A stretch of 64,000 bases of DNA from an uncultured Rhodospirillaceae bacterium (GCA_913020445.1 CAJWAR010000002.1:20275-84274); one strand, 5' to 3'; numbered from the stretch's first letter, positions 11,523-20,352 are shown. The notes: a model not told the origin generated them from the sequence alone. Translations and numbers: made by a program.

Positions 11523-12455
11523 ATGTCAGCTTCTCAACCCCACAATAGAATTAGTTCAATTGCAGTTGCCATGGCGGTTTTAGCCTTTGGATTCGCAATC
11601 CCATCTCACGCTCAAGCCGATACGAATTCGGCGCTTTACCAGCAGGGCATGGATATTACTGGTGAGCTCGCTTTACTTCACGAAGCCAACGGCTCACATG
11701 CCGAAAAAGTGCGTAATGCCCCAGCAATCACTAATCGCCTGCCACGCCACGTTTTCCAGAAAGCTCGAGAAGTACTGGTTAAAGTTCAAGTCTCTCGCAA
11801 GCTCAATGGATTGCCGCTGACTAAAACGCCACCAATTCCGGCCAAGCAGATTACCGCCGCCGATATTACGCCGGTACTTGCGCTTATTCTCAAAGACGTT
11901 CGCGATCTCAGGCCTAAATTTGCCGTATCCAAACAATCGCCAAAAACCACGGCAGTTGATGGTAAATCATCTAATGATGTGTACGTTCTGCTGGAAAAAG
12001 CCAACCATGCGATTGACGGTTTGGACATTCCTCACATCAATCCCAATGAGGTATTGCAAATTGCCGAAACCATTGTCGCTGATTTGGAAGCAATTCGCGC
12101 CAAACGTGGATTGACGGATAAAATTGCCTACAGTTCGGGCGCTAAGAAAAAACCGAAAGCGGTTTACCAACATGCATTCGAATTGATGAAAGCCTTAAAA
12201 AATGTAACCGAGAGTAATGCTGCCTACAAGATTGACGGCGGAATTGCGTTGACCGCGCAAAAAGCCAAGGGCCGTGTTGCGGGCAACCAAGTAATTGAAA
12301 ATCTGAACAATGTGATGGCTGATGTTGCCGCCATGAAAGTGAAGGTCGGTGTGAATAAACCAACGGTTTGGGCTGCCCTGAAATCCGGCAACAAACCTGG
12401 CAATGTTTTCGATGCTGTCGATACGGCAATCAAACTCGCCAATTCATTGAAGTAA
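11523..12455 (+). CDS. Secreted hypothetical protein made of ~8 helical repeats
   Basis: AGGAG SD before ATG 11523; Sec signal peptide ending AQA; recurring P/S-x-x-V-(Y/F/L) helix starts. Confidence 0.85.
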   Translation: MSASQPHNRISSIAVAMAVLAFGFAIPSHAQADTNSALYQQGMDITGELALLHEANGSHAEKVRNAPAITNRLPRHVFQKAREVLVKVQVSRKLNGLPLTKTPPIPAKQITAADITPVLALILKDVRDLRPKFAVSKQSPKTTAVDGKSSNDVYVLLEKANHAIDGLDIPHINPNEVLQIAETIVADLEAIRAKRGLTDKIAYSSGAKKKPKAVYQHAFELMKALKNVTESNAAYKIDGGIALTAQKAKGRVAGNQVIENLNNVMADVAAMKVKVGVNKPTVWAALKSGNKPGNVFDAVDTAIKLANSLK

Positions 12456-12477
12456 CTAAATATGACCAGAACCTAAG

Positions 12478-12516
12478 ATATTGGGCGTGTTTGGGATTTC
12501 TGAGCACGCCCAATAT
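12478..12516 (+). other. Intercistronic RNA hairpin
   Basis: ATATTGGGCGTG...CACGCCCAATAT 12-bp perfect stem, extended by G-U pairs on the + strand. Confidence 0.6.
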
Positions 12517-12588
12517 TGTTGAAGACGGTAAGAATAACCCATTTCAAAAACCAAAAAATAAATATGTGTAAATGACAGGAAATCTAAA

Positions 12589-14634
12589 ATGAAAAAATTC
12601 AGGATATTTGGCGTCGGTGGTAAGGTGCTCACATTGGCAATTCTGCCTATCCTGCTTATGGCGGGTTTGAGCGTATTTAACGTCAACAATACGTTTTCAC
12701 TTTTCACCGACACATTAAAAACACGCAGCGCCGCAGATCTTCAGCGCGACGTCATCAGTAAAGTAAATGACGATATCAAAAACGAGATGGTCACCTTAAT
12801 TAATGCTGTGAACAAGTTCGTTAAGTCGCATCAAAACAGTATTATGAATGAAGATGCCGATTTGGTTGAAGACACTCTGGACGCTCGCGACGCTCTCGGC
12901 AAAGTGGTTAAACCTTTCCTCGCCAAAGTCACGGCCCTGACCAAGACTTTAGACCAATCAGGTCTGCTTAAAGTGAATGAAGATGCCGCAAAAGATTCGG
13001 CAGAATTCAAATTGGCGCAGGTCAACAAGCGGCGTATCTCGATTATTTCGCGTAGTTCATCTCAAATCCCTGGTTTGTTTGACCTGCTGGTGAAAGAAAA
13101 CAGCACATCGATCAAAAATATCGAAAAAGAAGAGTTTTCCGACGCTGCCCAAAACTTTTTCTTTCAGGAAAAGACCAAAATCGACGCCTTAAGCAAAAGC
13201 CTCAACCGCATTCGCAGCAACCTGAATGGCCTCGCTTCAGATGTAAACAAAATCCAGGCAGAATCCAGGGCCACTCAAGACACCGCCGCTGTCGCAGCGC
13301 TTGAAACTTCCGGTCAGCAAACATTCTTGCTGCTTGGCGTTATATCTTTGTTATTGATTGCGGGTGCTGCCTTTATCGCCATTGCCAATCTTGCCCGCCC
13401 GCTCTCACGCCTTGGAGATTCAATGGGTCAACTGGCAAATGGCGATCTGGATATGCTAATTCCCGCTTTAGGCCGTAGCGACGAAGTCGGCGAAATGGCT
13501 GCCGCCGTTCAAGTCTTCAAAGAAAATGCAGAAGCGACGCTACAGCTTGAAGCAGAAGCTGATAAACAACGTAAAAAAGCGGATAAGCAGGCACGCCTCC
13601 AACGTGAAAGTGAAGAAGCACAGGCAACCAAGGAACGTGAGCGCGACGCGGCAGAACGTCAACGGCTCGCTGATGATGCCGAAGCAGAACGTCTGCGTGA
13701 GCAGGAAGCGCAATTGGTTGAACAACGCCGCCAAGCTCAGGAATTGGAAGATCGCGAACAACTTCAGAAAGAAGCCGAGGAAGAACGCCGTCAAATGCTC
13801 TTTGAAATGGCGGATGAATTTCAACAAGCCGTCGGCTCGGTTGTTTCCATTGTCGGCAATGCTTCGGTTGAAATGAAAAACTCTGCTTCCGCGATGTCGG
13901 AGACGGCGGAAAAAACGTCCAGCCAAACCGCAGAAGTCGCTTCAACGGCAGAGCAGGCCTCCGCCAACGTGCAAACTGTTGCGTCGGCAGCCGAACAACT
14001 AAGTGCCTCAATCACCGAAATCAGCCAACAAGTGACACAAAGCTCACAAATTGCCTCTGATGCGGTTTCAAAAGCACAATCGACCAATGAAGTTATCCAG
14101 GGTTTGGCGGACTCGGCCAATAAGATCGGCGAAGTGGTTGGCATCATTACTGATATCGCCGAGCAAACAAATCTGTTGGCTTTGAACGCAACCATTGAAG
14201 CAGCACGGGCCGGCAATGCTGGTAAAGGTTTTGCTGTCGTCGCCTCCGAAGTTAAGAATCTCGCCAATCAAACGGCCTCCGCAACGGAAGAAATCAGCTC
14301 GCAAATTGATGGTATTCAACTTGCCACCAAAGAAGCGGTTGAAGCAATTGGCGGCATCGGCACGACGATCAACGAAGTCGAAAAAATCTCGACGGTTATT
14401 TCAGCGGCAGTCGAGGAACAAGGTGCGGCGACCCAGGAAATTGCCCGCAATGTTCAGCAGGCAGCTACTGGTACCGAAGAAGTAACGTCGACAATTACCC
14501 AAGTGACCCGCTCAGCCCACGAAACCGGCCAAGTATCGGGACAGGTATTGAGCGCTGCAGATGAGTTATCTACCCAATCCGGTGTGCTGCAGGGTCAGGT
14601 TGATCACTTCCTGGCCCAGATCAGAACGGGGTAA
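12589..14634 (+). CDS. Methyl-accepting chemotaxis protein (periplasmic sensor, HAMP, long charged linker)
   Basis: Two TMs, HAMP (GRSDEVGEMAAAVQVFK), signalling tip IAEQTNLLALNATIEAARAG..GKGFAVVASEVKNLA. Confidence 0.95.
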   Translation: MKKFRIFGVGGKVLTLAILPILLMAGLSVFNVNNTFSLFTDTLKTRSAADLQRDVISKVNDDIKNEMVTLINAVNKFVKSHQNSIMNEDADLVEDTLDARDALGKVVKPFLAKVTALTKTLDQSGLLKVNEDAAKDSAEFKLAQVNKRRISIISRSSSQIPGLFDLLVKENSTSIKNIEKEEFSDAAQNFFFQEKTKIDALSKSLNRIRSNLNGLASDVNKIQAESRATQDTAAVAALETSGQQTFLLLGVISLLLIAGAAFIAIANLARPLSRLGDSMGQLANGDLDMLIPALGRSDEVGEMAAAVQVFKENAEATLQLEAEADKQRKKADKQARLQRESEEAQATKERERDAAERQRLADDAEAERLREQEAQLVEQRRQAQELEDREQLQKEAEEERRQMLFEMADEFQQAVGSVVSIVGNASVEMKNSASAMSETAEKTSSQTAEVASTAEQASANVQTVASAAEQLSASITEISQQVTQSSQIASDAVSKAQSTNEVIQGLADSANKIGEVVGIITDIAEQTNLLALNATIEAARAGNAGKGFAVVASEVKNLANQTASATEEISSQIDGIQLATKEAVEAIGGIGTTINEVEKISTVISAAVEEQGAATQEIARNVQQAATGTEEVTSTITQVTRSAHETGQVSGQVLSAADELSTQSGVLQGQVDHFLAQIRTG

Positions 14635-14638
14635 ATGC

Positions 14639-14727
14639 AATTAAGGGGACATATAATTAAGGGGACACGATACTTAATTAAGAAAGTTATGAATTGATGT
14701 TAATTAAGTATCGTGTCCCCTTAATTA
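14639..14727. repeat. Perfect 28-bp inverted repeat with 18-bp spacer plus a partial third copy (REP/REPIN-like)
   Basis: TAATTAAGGGGACACGATACTTAATTAA at 14654-14681 and its exact reverse complement at 14700-14727; partial AATTAAGGGGACA at 14639-14651. Confidence 0.85.
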
Positions 14728-14740
14728 ACTGGCTGTACAC

Positions 14741-14790
14741 TTGACAATGTAATACAGTTACTTTACTTATGTAAAATGTATGTTTTACAT
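14741..14790 (+). promoter_or_regulatory. mazEF promoter (-35) and putative autorepression operator
   Basis: TTGACA at 14741-14746; palindrome ATGTAAAA-N6-TTTTACAT at 14769-14790 just before SD TAAGGAG. The -10 element is not clear. Confidence 0.6.
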
Positions 14791-14804
14791 TAAGGAGCTA
14801 CGCC

Positions 14805-15050
14805 ATGATTACCGCGAAACTTTCAAGCAAATATCAGGCTGTCGTGCCCCTCGCTGTTCGGCAATTATTAGAAATCGAGCCGGGTGATGAAATCGCTTAT
14901 GAAATTGAGGGTGATGCCGTCTCTTTACGCAAACTTGGCCGCAAAAATCCTCAAGCCTATCAGTTAGATGATTTGGTTGGCGCGATTACGCCCGATAATT
15001 TACCCGAAGATAATTTTGACGATAGCCCTCAAGGATCTGAGTTGCTGTAA
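14805..15050 (+). CDS. mazE: AbrB/MazE/SpoVT-family antitoxin
   Basis: AKLSSKYQAVVPLAVRQLLEIEPGD AbrB fold; C-terminal LDDLV..ITPDN...G.ELL typical of MazE; overlaps the toxin start. Confidence 0.85.
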   Translation: MITAKLSSKYQAVVPLAVRQLLEIEPGDEIAYEIEGDAVSLRKLGRKNPQAYQLDDLVGAITPDNLPEDNFDDSPQGSELL

Positions 15051-15385
15051 TGGCGGTGCCGGATCAAGGGGATCTCGTTTGGGTGGATTTCAATCCGCAA
15101 GCGGGTCATGAACAGTCAGGACGCCGCCCTGCTCTCGTGCTTTCACCAAAAGCCTATCACGAAAAAACCAATTACGCCGTTGTCTGCCCAATCACCTCGA
15201 CCGTCAAGGGCTACCCGTTCGAAACCACTTTGCCGACTGGCTTGGTAATTTCAGGCGCGGTGCTCGCTGATCAAGTTAAAAGTATCGACCGCAATGTCCG
15301 TAATCTGGAAATCGCCGACCGGGCGCCACCTGACATACTCAGCGATGTCTTGAGCAAAATTTCTGCGCTGTTGGATTTAAGTTAA
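15050..15385 (+). CDS. mazF: MazF/PemK endoribonuclease toxin
   Basis: GDLVWVDFNPQAGHEQSGRRPALVLSP, CPITS, KGYPFE, LADQVKSID. Confidence 0.95.
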   Translation: MAVPDQGDLVWVDFNPQAGHEQSGRRPALVLSPKAYHEKTNYAVVCPITSTVKGYPFETTLPTGLVISGAVLADQVKSIDRNVRNLEIADRAPPDILSDVLSKISALLDLS

Positions 15386-16201
15386 TCAGACATTTGGCAG
15401 TTGCTCCGCTAGCCTCCCACCTACCCGGATCGGCTCGAAGCGGGAGGCGAGGCCGGTTTCATCATCAGTTTCGAGATACACACCGCACACCGTCGCTTCG
15501 CCTTCGGCAGGAGATAACCTCTCGCCCGGCATAACTTTCTTAAAGCGGCCAATGGCCGCATCCGGCTTCATACCGATCACCGAATCATAGTCACCGCACA
15601 TGCCAATATCTGTTTGATAAGCCGTGCCACCGGGCAGGATTTGCGTGTCCGCGGTTGGAACATGCGTATGCGTGCCGACGACCATTGAGACCCGGCCATT
15701 GAGATATTGCCCGACCGCCATTTTTTCAGAAGTTGCCTCGGCATGGATATCAACCACCGCGCAATCGACCGCATTACCTAATTTAATTTTCGCCAGCTCA
15801 TTATCAATAGAGACGAACGGATCGTCGAGACTATCCATGAAGAGGCGGCCCATAATCTGGCCAACGAAGACTTTGGCGCCATTGCGGGCTTCAAACACCC
15901 CTGCCCCGTTGCCGGGTGTCAGTTCGGGATAATTGATCGGACGCAACAAACGCGGCTCTTCATCGATATAGGTGATGATTTCTTTCTGATCCCAGGCATG
16001 ATTGCCGGTCGTAATAACGTCAACACCGAGCTCGAAGAACCGGCGGCAGATTTTTTCCGTGATGCCAAAGCCATGGGCGGCGTTTTCGCCATTGACGATA
16101 ATGAAATCAGGGGCGAGCCTGTCAACCAGCATCGGCAGATGCTGTGCCAGGCCGGTCCGACCCGACTTTCCCAAAACATCACCTAAGTAAATCAGCCTCA
16201 T
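15386..16201 (-). CDS. YmdB/TIGR00282 family metallophosphoesterase
   Basis: GDV.G..GR, NGENAAHG.G, TTGNH, DIHAEATSEK, GTHTHV.TAD. Confidence 0.95.
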   Translation of the reverse strand: MRLIYLGDVLGKSGRTGLAQHLPMLVDRLAPDFIIVNGENAAHGFGITEKICRRFFELGVDVITTGNHAWDQKEIITYIDEEPRLLRPINYPELTPGNGAGVFEARNGAKVFVGQIMGRLFMDSLDDPFVSIDNELAKIKLGNAVDCAVVDIHAEATSEKMAVGQYLNGRVSMVVGTHTHVPTADTQILPGGTAYQTDIGMCGDYDSVIGMKPDAAIGRFKKVMPGERLSPAEGEATVCGVYLETDDETGLASRFEPIRVGGRLAEQLPNV

Positions 16202-16207
16202 ATATTG

Positions 16208-16780
16208 CTACCGATCCGCATTATATTGCGTTGCCCCGTTTTCGGTTATCACCCAATCAAGACGCTGATCAAAGCTTTCATTGGGGATCGAGTCAACTTC
16301 CTGCCCGCTATAGGCTATGCCGATCGCCGTGATATCGCGCTCACCACGAAATTCCGACAGCGTCATGTCATAATAACCGCCGCCATAGCCGAGCCGATTT
16401 CCTTGGCTGTCGAAAGCTAAAAGTGGCACCAGAAGAATGTCGGGCTGGCCAGAGGCTTTGTCTGTTCTCGGTTCAGAAATGCCCAAATCTGATGGTATTA
16501 ATTCATCACCGGGCTGCCATTGCCGAAACAATAATGCAGTATCCCGCGCAATAACCACCGGCAACAGGCAAATGCAGCCATTATCATGCAGCACCTTCAA
16601 CAGCGGTTTTACATCGACCTCATTGGTGATCGGCCAATAGCCGGCGACTTTGTCACCTGTCTGAACCTCAAAATTCGCCAAGAATTGCTCGACCATCTTC
16701 GTGCCAAAGCCCAGCCCCATTGTTTTGGCCAGATCACGACGGCGCAGCCGCGCCTGTTCTCTTATCTTTTCTTTATCCAA
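16208..16780 (-). CDS. 5-formyltetrahydrofolate cyclo-ligase
   Basis: VPLLAFD..GNRLGYGGGYYD; directly downstream of 6S RNA. Confidence 0.95.
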   Translation of the reverse strand: MDKEKIREQARLRRRDLAKTMGLGFGTKMVEQFLANFEVQTGDKVAGYWPITNEVDVKPLLKVLHDNGCICLLPVVIARDTALLFRQWQPGDELIPSDLGISEPRTDKASGQPDILLVPLLAFDSQGNRLGYGGGYYDMTLSEFRGERDITAIGIAYSGQEVDSIPNESFDQRLDWVITENGATQYNADR

Positions 16781-16815
16781 ATCATTATCCCGGGGCGGGT
16801 GCTTTCAAGTGGAAT

Positions 16816-16974
16816 TGGTGACGCCGCGTGGGTCGTTACGCGTCTAATCTTCCTAGGCCGGTAGGTCTAGGTGGGCGCCGTATACCGTACCCAGGGGTAC
16901 GACAGGGACAGCTCCCGAGTAGTATGTATTGGCCCTGGAGATTTACCACACTTCACGGGCCCCGCAGCGTCAAT
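16816..16974 (-). ncRNA. ssrS: 6S RNA
   Basis: Conserved position between zapA and the cyclo-ligase. Closing stem GACGCUGCG/CGCGGCGUC; GGGAGCUGUCCCUG and GGCGCCCACC motifs typical of alphaproteobacterial 6S. Ends approximate. Confidence 0.9.
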
Positions 16975-16980
16975 CTATAT

Positions 16981-17304
16981 TTAGGATGCTTCGAGCTTGT
17001 CGGCAATACTTTCGATGCGCGTCGCCATTTTTTCAAGATCGCCGGCGCCGAGCGCAGATTGAGCCGGCGCGCGTTTTTCATTTCTGAGCGAATCAAGCTC
17101 GGTATACACTTCGGAAAGCTCATCAGCGACCAATAGGCTAGTCATCACCAGCAAGCGGGCATCGCCGACTTGCCCTACTGCTGCCACCAATTCATCAACC
17201 CTCCGGTCAACATATTGGGAAAGCCTCGTTAAATGCGCTTCCTGGCCATCATCGCAGGCAATGTCGTATTTTCGGCCGTTAATGGTAACAGTGACTTGGG
17301 CCAT
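16981..17304 (-). CDS. zapA: Cell division protein ZapA
   Basis: MAQVTVTINGRKY.IACDDGQE.HL..L; RLLVM. Confidence 0.93.
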   Translation of the reverse strand: MAQVTVTINGRKYDIACDDGQEAHLTRLSQYVDRRVDELVAAVGQVGDARLLVMTSLLVADELSEVYTELDSLRNEKRAPAQSALGAGDLEKMATRIESIADKLEAS

Positions 17305-17305
17305 A

Positions 17306-17563
17306 TTAGCTTTCCAAAATTTCTTTCATGTGGCCAATCGCGCCGTCGAGCCGGGTCGAAATTATTTGATTCTTTTCTTTGAGCTCGGAGATTTCAGCTT
17401 TAGCCGCTGATAGCTCTTTATTTAGCTTGCTATTCCCGGCTCCGGAACCATTGGTCGATTTAGCTTTCGAATCGATAGCCTTGTCCAACCGATCAAGCGC
17501 TGCATCAAGTTTAGATTTCGCCACCTGAATAGAAGAAGTGCTTTGTGTAGAAGGTTTTGCCAA
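17306..17563 (-). CDS. Small coiled-coil protein (DUF4164-like) upstream of zapA
   Basis: LDAALDRLDKAI...ISTRLDGAI heptads; TTG start after GGGGAG; typical synteny. Confidence 0.75.
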   Translation of the reverse strand: MAKPSTQSTSSIQVAKSKLDAALDRLDKAIDSKAKSTNGSGAGNSKLNKELSAAKAEISELKEKNQIISTRLDGAIGHMKEILES

Positions 17564-17738
17564 GATTTCTTAAACTCCCCAATTAGGTTCAGACATTACG
17601 CCTTTGGCTGTGATTCCGTCAACCGTGCGATTGCCAAAATTATTAGATACCTGCGATGAATTTTGAGGGCTTGACGAGAGCGGTGTAACTTAGGATTGTG
17701 CGCCGCAAGTTGATGGCTTTTTTCTAACGGAGGAACGA

Positions 17739-18749
17739 ATGGCCCTACGGGTAGCAATTAATGGATTTGGCAGAATTGGCCGATTGGTCTATCGCGCAAT
17801 TTTGGAAGCCAATAATGATGGCATAGAAGTCGTCTGTATAAATGATTTGGGTCCGACCGAATCCAATGCGCATCTTTTGAAATTTGATTCGACCCACGGC
17901 ATCTTGCCGCAGGACGTCAAAGTCGATGGCGATACGATGGATGCCGGCCAAGGCCCGGTCCGCGTCACTGCTGAGCGTGATCCAGCGAATTTGCCTTGGC
18001 AAGAGTTGGATGTTGATGTCGCTCTTGAATGTACCGGCTTTTTCGCCAGTAAAGAAAAAGCCTCGGCTCATCTGGACGCCGGCGCCAAGCGCGTCATCGT
18101 TTCAGCCCCGGCATCAGGAGCAGATATTACGGTGGTTTACGGCGTTAATTCAGATCAGATCAGCGCTGATCATACGGTGATCTCGAACGCCTCTTGCACA
18201 ACCAACTGTCTCGCTCCGGTTGCGCATGTTCTTCATAACGCCGTCGGTATTGAGCGTGGCTTCATGACAACCATTCACTCCTTCACTGGCGATCAGCGCA
18301 CGGTCGATACATTGCACAGCGATCTTCATCGCGCCAGAACGGCATCGGGTTCGATGATCCCGACCTCGACCGGTGCGGCCAAAGCTGTTGGCCTGGTCTT
18401 GCCGGAATTGAACGGCAAACTGGACGGCACCTCGGTTCGCGTCCCGACTGCAAACGTTTCATTGATCGATTTCACCTTTACGCCCGGACGCGAGACCAGC
18501 GTTGAGGAAATCAACGGCGCGGTCGAAGCAGCTGCCGCTGATGGTCCCCTAAAAGGCATCCTCGGCACCAATGATCTGCCGCTGGTATCGATCGATTTCA
18601 ATCACAATGCTCATAGCTCGGTCTTTGATTTGTCGGAAACCCAGGTGATCGAAGGCAATTTCGTGCGCGTGCTCAGCTGGTACGACAATGAATGGGGCTT
18701 CTCGAACCGGATGGTCGACACCACCTTGGCTGTCGGCGCCACAATTTAG
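17739..18749 (+). CDS. gap: Glyceraldehyde-3-phosphate dehydrogenase, type I
   Basis: [31 protein letters not shown]. Confidence 0.98.
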   Translation: MALRVAINGFGRIGRLVYRAILEANNDGIEVVCINDLGPTESNAHLLKFDSTHGILPQDVKVDGDTMDAGQGPVRVTAERDPANLPWQELDVDVALECTGFFASKEKASAHLDAGAKRVIVSAPASGADITVVYGVNSDQISADHTVISNASCTTNCLAPVAHVLHNAVGIERGFMTTIHSFTGDQRTVDTLHSDLHRARTASGSMIPTSTGAAKAVGLVLPELNGKLDGTSVRVPTANVSLIDFTFTPGRETSVEEINGAVEAAAADGPLKGILGTNDLPLVSIDFNHNAHSSVFDLSETQVIEGNFVRVLSWYDNEWGFSNRMVDTTLAVGATI

Positions 18750-18761
18750 AATTTTAAAGCG

Positions 18762-19457
18762 ATGGCGGGAAGCAGCGAAATCGACCTCGCACTTACCGCC
18801 GCCGCTGAATTCTTACGGCAAAAAGCCGATCCTGAAAAAGCGTTTGAACGTAAACGCTACCTCAAAAGTCCCTATGACATGCTGGGCTGTACGGTGCCAA
18901 CCATTCGCACCGCCGCCAAAAAGGTCAAACGCGCCTGTCCGGAGCCGCCACTCGATGAGTTAATCCAGGCCCTCAACGACTATTATTCAAAAAATTGCCA
19001 TGAAGACCGGTTGCTGGCGAACTTTGCGGCCACTCACTATGTCGAAATGTTCGATGACAGCCACGTCTCAGGAATGTTTAAAGATTGGCTCCTGGACAGC
19101 CATAATTGGGATTTTGTCGATGGCATTTGCACCTGGGTTGTCGGCAGGATCGCCCTGACCTATCCGGACGCCTACCAAGAGATTGAAAGCTGGACGGTGC
19201 ATGAGTGGATGTGGCTCCGCCGCGCCTCGGTGTTATGTCACCTGCCGGCTATTGGAGCTGGGACGTTGCGGGTCGATCAGCTTAAGCGGTCGATTGACCT
19301 ATTGATCGAAGAAAAAGAGTTTTTTATCCGCAAGGTTATCGGCTGGGTTTTGCGGGAATTGTCCAAGCACGATCCGATTCTCGCCGAACTTATTATTGAT
19401 GAATTTAGAGACCGCGCGTCGGGTTTAACGCTGCGGGAAGCAACTAAGTATTTATAA
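18762..19457 (+). CDS. DNA alkylation repair protein (AlkD-like HEAT repeat)
   Basis: NWDFVD, W..WLRRAS, EFFIRKVIGWVLRELSK, L..REA.KYL. Confidence 0.85.
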   Translation: MAGSSEIDLALTAAAEFLRQKADPEKAFERKRYLKSPYDMLGCTVPTIRTAAKKVKRACPEPPLDELIQALNDYYSKNCHEDRLLANFAATHYVEMFDDSHVSGMFKDWLLDSHNWDFVDGICTWVVGRIALTYPDAYQEIESWTVHEWMWLRRASVLCHLPAIGAGTLRVDQLKRSIDLLIEEKEFFIRKVIGWVLRELSKHDPILAELIIDEFRDRASGLTLREATKYL

Positions 19458-19465
19458 ACTTCCTT

Positions 19466-19535
19466 TGTCATTCTGGCGAAAGCCAGAATCCAGTATCCAC
19501 CTCAGCCTGGACCCTGGATCAAGTCCAGGGTGACA
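19466..19535. repeat. Bipartite palindromic REP-type element between convergent genes
   Basis: TGTCA-TTCTGGC-GAAA-GCCAGAA-TCCAG...CTGGA-CCCTGGA-TCAAG-TCCAGGG-TGACA: outer stem enclosing two hairpins. Confidence 0.8.
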
Positions 19536-19551
19536 GCGTATTTTTTATTTC

Positions 19552-19998
19552 CTAAGCATTCGGATCATAAAATTCGAGGCCGGGGATTTTGTCCTCATCT
19601 TCGAGACGGCCGCGCAGCTCAATGGTGTTGCGGTCGGGATCGCGAATAAAGACCGAGACATGACCGTCACCACCAAAAGTTACCGGGCCTTGAGAAATGG
19701 CGATATCGTTCTCATCCAGCGTTTTCATAGCTTCGATGATCGATTCGACACGCAACGCAATATGGGTGATGCCGGTGTGCTTTTCGGGCACATCCATCAA
19801 GATGTTCTTGCCATCGTTAAGATCAACGCCATTGACCACCAGATTAATCTCGACGCCATTGCCATTCTTAATCACGATGACCGCGTCGAAATCCACTTCG
19901 AGATGAATTTTGAAACCAAGTGCTTCGTAAAACTTAAGCGCCCGGTCCCGATCCGTGATGCGAACGCCCGCGTGGTCAAATTGTTCGATGTTGATCAT
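19552..19998 (-). CDS. VOC/glyoxalase family protein
   Basis: DHAGVRI...FYE.LGF, THIALRV, FIRDPDRN.IEL. Confidence 0.88.
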   Translation of the reverse strand: MINIEQFDHAGVRITDRDRALKFYEALGFKIHLEVDFDAVIVIKNGNGVEINLVVNGVDLNDGKNILMDVPEKHTGITHIALRVESIIEAMKTLDENDIAISQGPVTFGGDGHVSVFIRDPDRNTIELRGRLEDEDKIPGLEFYDPNA

Positions 19999-20077
19999 TA
20001 GATTTCCGTTTTCTGTTCCCAATTGGAATTAGATTTAGGCGAAAAGAATAGAAACGCAAATCTTATTGTTGTGAGCC

Positions 20078-20245
20078 TTATTCAAAATGGGAATGCAGCA
20101 AGGCTGAAATATTTCGGGAAATGCTGGAAATGGTATAAGCCAGCGCTTCGCGATAGACATCGCCTTCGGTGATGGGGTGACCATGCAAAGCGGCCAATCG
20201 ATCCTGAGAGTCAGTCAATACGGCAATTTTTTGTGAATAGGTCAT
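20078..20245 (-). CDS. Small hypothetical protein (55 aa), below ORF-track cutoff
   Basis: SD TAAGGAG then ATG: MTYSQKIAVLTDSQDRLAALHGHPITEGDVYREALAYTISSISRNISALLHSHFE; divergent from the LysR gene. Confidence 0.65.
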   Translation of the reverse strand: MTYSQKIAVLTDSQDRLAALHGHPITEGDVYREALAYTISSISRNISALLHSHFE

Positions 20246-20332
20246 CTGTTTTCTCCTTAAGATTTACTAATCTAATAACCAAGAGTTTCCGCTATTTATG
20301 TCAATAAAACAAACGACTTTATCTTTAGCGAT

Positions 20333-20351
20333 AGTTTAGTTATACTAAACT
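20333..20351. promoter_or_regulatory. LysR-type binding site (T-N11-A dyad)
   Basis: AGTTTAGT-TAT-ACTAAACT perfect dyad abutting the LysR start codon. Confidence 0.7.
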
Positions 20352-20352
20352 C

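Noticed and set aside
14654..14727. IS element ends or an FNR box (TTGAT-N4-ATTAA at 14695)
   Set aside because: No transposase or target duplication; the FNR-like match overlaps the repeat arm and is probably incidental.
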